Both the position numbers and the translations under genes were made by a program. A stretch of DNA of 64,000 nucleotides, from positions 17,021 to 81,020 of the forward strand of contig JBEKQZ010000001.1 of assembly GCA_049519175.1 (NCBI GenBank). Reading direction: 5' to 3'. Shown here one piece after another: positions 59,157 to 64,000 of the stretch. Within the stretch, counting starts at the first letter, position 1. Each line of letters starts with the position of its first letter. The notes under the pieces are model-generated. The model had not been told where the DNA came from. It saw only the letters and a list, made by a program, of their open reading frames with translations, and ran no database searches. The DNA is from Candidatus Levyibacteriota bacterium (GTDB lineage: Bacteria; Patescibacteriota; Microgenomatia; Levybacterales; UBA12049).

Positions 59157-62100
59157 CGATAAGAAAAATAAAGATATTACCATTTTGGATTTTAAATCGC
59201 TAAAGCTTTTGTTAGCCGCCAAAGAGGATATTCTGAATTGGTCTTACGGTGAAATTACCAAGCCGGAAACCATCAATTACCGCACTTTAAAGCCGGAAAA
59301 AGACGGGCTGTTTGACGAAAGAATTTTTGGACCGACCAAAGACTGGGAATGTTACTGCGGAAAATACAAAAGAATTAGAAATAGAGGCATTATTTGCGAT
59401 AAGTGCGGCGTTGAAGTGACACTCTCAAGAGTCAGACGCGAAAGAATGGGACACATTACACTCGCTTCTCCGGTGGCGCATGTTTGGTTCTTTAAAGGTT
59501 CGTCTTCGCCGTTGTCGCTGATTTTGGATATGTCGCAAAAAAGTTTGGAAGGCGTCATTTATTACGCTTCATATTTAGTAACCGAGTTGGACGAAGAAAA
59601 GAAAAAGAAAGGCTTGGAAGAGTTGGGTAAAACTATTGAACAAAGAAAAGCGGCGCAACAAAAAGAAATCGAGACCGAAGAAAAAACGATTGAAAAGGAA
59701 TTGCAGGATAAATTAAAAGACGCTTCCAAAATCAAAGTTAAGGGCGAGCAAAAACAATTAATGAGCCAGGAGTTTGAGTTGCAAAGAAGACAAAGAATCG
59801 CCCGTTTGGAAGAAAGAGCTGCAGGTGAAGCGAAGAAACTCGATGAAATTCAGGACGCTTTGACCAAACTGATCAGAAGTCTTAAAGTCGGCAGCGTTTT
59901 ATCGGAAGACGAATATTTCAAACTTTTGGAATACGATATTCCGGTTTTTTTCACCATTAAAACCGGCGCCGAAGGTTTAATGGAGTTAGTGAATAAGATT
60001 GATTTGGCGGCCCTGATTGTAACACTGCGCGAGGAAACAGCCAAATCCAAAGGGCAAAGATATTTCAAATTAATCAAAAGATTAAGACTGTTGGAATCGA
60101 TGCGCAAAGCCGGAGTTAGTCCGATTTCCATGGTGCTTTCGGTCTTACCGGTGATTCCTCCGGACCTTCGACCGATGGTGCAGTTGGCCGGCGGAAGATT
60201 TGCCACTTCGGATTTAAACGATTTATATAGAAGGGTAATTAACAGAAATAATCGATTAAAGCACTTAATTTCCTTGGGTGCGCCGGAAATAATTTTGCGA
60301 AACGAAAAAAGAATGCTGCAGGAGTCGGTCGATTCCTTAATTGACGCGTCACAACGCTCCAGCCAGGTTGTCGCGTCGCCGCTTCGCTCACTTTCCGATA
60401 TGTTAAGAGGAAAACAGGGAAGATTCAGACAAAATTTATTGGGTAAAAGAGTTGATTATTCCGGCCGCAGTGTTATCGTTGTCGGACCGGAACTGACTCT
60501 TTCGCAATGCGGATTGCCAAAAGAAATGGCTTTGGAAATGTTTAAGCCGTTTGTTTTAAGGGAAGTAATTGTTCGGGGATATGCTCCAAATATCAAATCC
60601 GCCAAGCGGTTTATCGAAAAAAGAAGCCCGGAAGTGTTCGACATTTTGGAAGAAATCACCCGCAACCATCCGGTGCTTTTAAACCGTGCGCCAACGCTGC
60701 ATAAGCTCGGCATTCAAGCTTTTTATCCAGTTCTAATTGAAGGTAGCGCAATCTCTTTGCATCCTTGCGTTTGTGCCGGTTACAACGCGGATTTTGACGG
60801 CGACCAGATGGCGGTGCATATTCCGTTGTCCGCCAAAGCGCAGGAAGAAGCGATAACTCTGATGATGCCAAGACAAAATTTGTTAAAGCCGGCCGACGGC
60901 AGCCCGATTACTTTGCCCAATAAAGAAATGGCAGTCGGGGTTTTCTATTTAACGACCATCGACGAGTCTTCCCGCAAGGAAGAATTACCGACTTTTGGGC
61001 AGCTCAATGAAGCCCATCTTTCTTTTTCTTTAGGCAAAATTAAATTAAGAGAACCAATTAATGTCCGAATCGACAAAGAATTAACCGAAACGACCGTCGG
61101 GAGATTAATGTTCAACGAACGCTTGCCAAAAGAATTCGGTTTTATTAACGAGCCGATTAAAGCCTCGGGAATTAAAAGATTAATTACCAGCGCCATCAAA
61201 AAATACAGTTCGGAAGAAGTCGAACTGATGATTGATAGCATTAAAGCGCTTGGATTTTACGGTTCGACCGTTTCGGGAATTTCGGTTTCGGTTTTTGACA
61301 ACAAAATGGTACCGGAGAAAAATAGTTTAATCGCCGAAGCGGAAGGAAAAGTCGCCAGCGTGCAAGCAAATTATCAGGAAGGACTGATTACCGGAGAAGA
61401 AAGAAAACGACTTTCGAATGACATTTGGTTGGCTACCACCGATAAGATTGCCGATTTAACTTGGAATAATCTCCAGCCCGATAATATGATTAAAGTGATT
61501 ATTGATTCCGAAGGAGCCAGAGCCGGAAAAGAACAGTTAAAACAGCTTTCGGCCATGAGAGGTCTTATTTTAGACCCGTTGGGCAAGATTGTTGAGCTGC
61601 CGATTAAATCAAATTTTAGAGAAGGACTGTCAATTTTTGAATACGTCGCATCAGCTAGGGGTTCCAGAAAAGGTTTAACCGATTCGGCTCTAAAAACCGC
61701 CAATGCCGGATATTTGACTCGAAGATTGGTGGACGTTTCTCATGATGTAATTACCAGAGCCGAAGATTGCGGCACCAACGAAGGTATCTTGATGTCTGTC
61801 GGCGAACAGGGGAGAACTGCCGCTTTTGCCGACCGGATTTTAGGCAGATTTGTGACTGAAAAAGTCGTTTCCAAGAAAAACAAAAAGGAAATTGTTAAAG
61901 CCGGCGAGGAAATTAACGAAGAAAAAGCTAAGCAAATTGTGGATAACGAAATAACGGAAGTAACCGTTAGAAGCCCCATTACCTGCAAATTGGAATACGG
62001 AATTTGCGCCAAATGCTATGGTTGGGATTTTTCCACCAAGCGAACGGTCAATTTGGGAGTGCCGGTTGGAGTCATCGCCGCCCAATCAATCGGAGAGCCG

Positions 62101-62862
62101 GGCACTCAGTTAACCATGCGGGTTAGACATTTCGGCGGAGTCGTTATGTCAGACGTGACACAAGGCTTACCAAGAGTAGAAGAGCTATTCGAAATGCGCA
62201 CGCCGAAGAATTTGTCGCCGGTTTCGGAGCTGACCGGAAAAGTTGCGGTTGAAACCGGTGAAGACGGCTACGTGGTTACCGTTAAAAGTTCCAAAACCAA
62301 ACCAGCCGACGAAAAAGAATATTTTGTCCCGATGGCGTCAACCTTAAACGTGGCCGACGGCGACGAGATTTTGGCCGGAACTCAGTTGGCGCAGGGCTAT
62401 CTTGATCCAAAAGAAGTTTTAAAAATTAAAGGTCTGGTTGACGGACAACGTTATGTGATCGGCGAAGCGCAAAAAGTTTACGAGTCACAGGGAATCGGTA
62501 TTAATGACAAGCATTTCGAAGTAATTCTTAGAAAGATGTCCGACAAAGTGATCATTGAAACCGTCGGCGATACGGCTTTAATTCCGGGTGACTTTATTAC
62601 CAAAACCAGATTCGAACAAATTAACGCTGAAGTTTTGTCTCAGGGTGGAGAACCGGCTACAGCCAGACAAACTATCTTGGGCATTACCAAATCATCTTTG
62701 TTCTCCGATTCCTGGCTTTCGGCTTCGTCCTTCCAGGAAACAACCAAAGTTTTAACCGACGCCGCCCTTGAGGGAGCGGAAGATAATTTGGTTGGACTGA
62801 AAGAAAATGTTATTATTGGAAGACTGATTCCGGTCGAGGGAAATATTCCCGAAACAGTTTAA
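59149..62862 (+). CDS. rpoC: RNA polymerase beta' subunit
   Basis: Zn ribbon CYCGKY…[16 protein letters not shown] and [10 protein letters not shown]; start ATG 59149. Confidence 0.99.
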   Translation: MNNDKKNKDITILDFKSLKLLLAAKEDILNWSYGEITKPETINYRTLKPEKDGLFDERIFGPTKDWECYCGKYKRIRNRGIICDKCGVEVTLSRVRRERMGHITLASPVAHVWFFKGSSSPLSLILDMSQKSLEGVIYYASYLVTELDEEKKKKGLEELGKTIEQRKAAQQKEIETEEKTIEKELQDKLKDASKIKVKGEQKQLMSQEFELQRRQRIARLEERAAGEAKKLDEIQDALTKLIRSLKVGSVLSEDEYFKLLEYDIPVFFTIKTGAEGLMELVNKIDLAALIVTLREETAKSKGQRYFKLIKRLRLLESMRKAGVSPISMVLSVLPVIPPDLRPMVQLAGGRFATSDLNDLYRRVINRNNRLKHLISLGAPEIILRNEKRMLQESVDSLIDASQRSSQVVASPLRSLSDMLRGKQGRFRQNLLGKRVDYSGRSVIVVGPELTLSQCGLPKEMALEMFKPFVLREVIVRGYAPNIKSAKRFIEKRSPEVFDILEEITRNHPVLLNRAPTLHKLGIQAFYPVLIEGSAISLHPCVCAGYNADFDGDQMAVHIPLSAKAQEEAITLMMPRQNLLKPADGSPITLPNKEMAVGVFYLTTIDESSRKEELPTFGQLNEAHLSFSLGKIKLREPINVRIDKELTETTVGRLMFNERLPKEFGFINEPIKASGIKRLITSAIKKYSSEEVELMIDSIKALGFYGSTVSGISVSVFDNKMVPEKNSLIAEAEGKVASVQANYQEGLITGEERKRLSNDIWLATTDKIADLTWNNLQPDNMIKVIIDSEGARAGKEQLKQLSAMRGLILDPLGKIVELPIKSNFREGLSIFEYVASARGSRKGLTDSALKTANAGYLTRRLVDVSHDVITRAEDCGTNEGILMSVGEQGRTAAFADRILGRFVTEKVVSKKNKKEIVKAGEEINEEKAKQIVDNEITEVTVRSPITCKLEYGICAKCYGWDFSTKRTVNLGVPVGVIAAQSIGEPGTQLTMRVRHFGGVVMSDVTQGLPRVEELFEMRTPKNLSPVSELTGKVAVETGEDGYVVTVKSSKTKPADEKEYFVPMASTLNVADGDEILAGTQLAQGYLDPKEVLKIKGLVDGQRYVIGEAQKVYESQGIGINDKHFEVILRKMSDKVIIETVGDTALIPGDFITKTRFEQINAEVLSQGGEPATARQTILGITKSSLFSDSWLSASSFQETTKVLTDAALEGAEDNLVGLKENVIIGRLIPVEGNIPETV

Positions 62863-62866
62863 GCAT

Positions 62867-63364
62867 ATGCCAACACTTTCACAACTTTCCAAACAAGGTA
62901 GACACAAAAAAATTAAAAAAGTCCGCTCAACCGGCTTAAGAAGAATTTATAATGCCAAAGAGCGAAGATATAAAGAATTAAATTCTCCGCAAAAGCGTGG
63001 TGTGGTTACTCTGGTTAAAACAATGACGCCAAAGAAACCAAATTCGGCTCTTCGAAAAGTCGCCAGAGTCAAGCTTTCCAACCGCAGCGAAGTCACCGCA
63101 TATATTCAAGGTGTCGGACACTCTTTGGCGGAACACGGAATTGTTCTGGTCAGAGGCGGAAGAGTCAAGGATTTACCGGGCGTAAAATACCACATCATCA
63201 GAGGCAAGTTTGATTTACAGGGAGTCGAAGGCAGAAAAACTTCCAGAAGTAAATACGGAGCCAAGAAATCGGGCGGTCCAATTAGAGTTGCGGGAGCGGC
63301 TCCCGCGTCAAACGCGGCTTCGCAGGCAGCTCCACAACCGGCGGCGGAGGCGCCAACAACCTAA
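62867..63364 (+). CDS. rpsL: 30S ribosomal protein S12 with Ala/Pro-rich C-terminal extension
   Basis: [15 protein letters not shown] and [11 protein letters not shown]. Confidence 0.98.
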   Translation: MPTLSQLSKQGRHKKIKKVRSTGLRRIYNAKERRYKELNSPQKRGVVTLVKTMTPKKPNSALRKVARVKLSNRSEVTAYIQGVGHSLAEHGIVLVRGGRVKDLPGVKYHIIRGKFDLQGVEGRKTSRSKYGAKKSGGPIRVAGAAPASNAASQAAPQPAAEAPTT

Positions 63365-63365
63365 T

Positions 63366-63836
63366 ATGAGACATAAAAAAGCAGAAAAAAGATTAGTTGA
63401 AGACGATAAGATTTATCAAAACAAACTCGTGACCAAATTCATTAACCGCATGATGAAAGACGGTAAAAAGTCAGTGGCGGAAAAAACTTTTTATCAAAGC
63501 TTTGAGCTTTTGAAAAAAGACGGCGACCCGTTAGTGCTTTTTGACACAGCGCTTAATAATGTCGGTCCAAAAATTGAAGTCAAAGCCAAAAGAGTCGGGG
63601 GAGCAAATTATCAAGTTCCGCAGGAAGTCAGAGGCGAAAGAAGATTGAGTTTGGCGATTAGGTGGATTTTGGAGGCGGCCAGAAGCCGCTCAAGCAAAGA
63701 TTATCATACTTTCGCGCAAAAATTGGCAGCGGAAATTCTGGACGCAACTAAAAACGAAGGCGCAGCGATTAAGAAGAGAGATTCGGTTATCCGTATGGCA
63801 GAAGCCAACCGAGCCTTCGGCCACTTCCGATTCTAA
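63366..63836 (+). CDS. rpsG: 30S ribosomal protein S7
   Basis: [24 protein letters not shown] and MAEANRAF; start ATG 63366. Confidence 0.98.
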   Translation: MRHKKAEKRLVEDDKIYQNKLVTKFINRMMKDGKKSVAEKTFYQSFELLKKDGDPLVLFDTALNNVGPKIEVKAKRVGGANYQVPQEVRGERRLSLAIRWILEAARSRSSKDYHTFAQKLAAEILDATKNEGAAIKKRDSVIRMAEANRAFGHFRF

Positions 63837-63877
63837 ACTCTATTTTATTTCAGCAAGATTTATCGTATTCTAATACT

Positions 63878-64000
63878 ATGGCACAAGAGATAACAGACAG
63901 ATTAAAGACATTAGACAAAGTTAGAAACATTGGCATTATTGCCCATATTGACGCGGGCAAAACTACTACCACCGAGCGCATCCTTTTTTACACAGGAAAA
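63878..64000 (+). CDS. fusA: Elongation factor G, N-terminal fragment cut by the window edge
   Basis: [41 protein letters not shown]. Confidence 0.95.
   Translation, partial: MAQEITDRLKTLDKVRNIGIIAHIDAGKTTTTERILFYTGK

Noticed and set aside
63837-63877. Possible heptamer remnant (tattctaatact) before fusA
   Set aside because: At most two units; not distinguishable from AT-rich background.

Overview
AT-rich chromosomal segment of a small-genome bacterium. Gene content and streamlined proteins point to CPR/Patescibacteria, probably Microgenomates-like (inference). It is almost entirely housekeeping and envelope genes: an LCP protein, several GT-C/GT2 glycosyltransferases, pilN/pilO, rpsT, murJ, lepA, groES/groEL, a DPPR-synthase-like UbiA, a WecA-like transferase, tatD, metK (with a SAM-I/IV-type riboswitch), metG, hrcA-grpE-dnaK-glmS-dnaJ, nusA-infB-rpsO-pnp-rnj-ftsK, mltG, an AMP phosphorylase, a sortase, alaS, and rpoB-rpoC-rpsL-rpsG-fusA (partial). 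I found no tRNA, rRNA, CRISPR array, transposase or prophage. Most notable observations: (1) dispersed period-7 tandem arrays with different unit sequences, in intergenic DNA and inside proteins such as LepA; (2) a sortase with two LPPTG substrates that are anchored at both ends and lack a basic tail, encoded next to an FtsA/PilM-like–TM–baseplate-J-like fusion and an unannotated 44-aa coupled ORF; (3) a membrane-anchored Clp-type ATPase lacking both pore-loop tyrosines; (4) a catalytically degenerate DHH protein; (5) a variant CIRCE, many apparently leaderless genes and a candidate sRNA; (6) an RNA polymerase with a remodelled rifampicin pocket and trigger loop. All family calls come from motif recognition by eye, not database searches.
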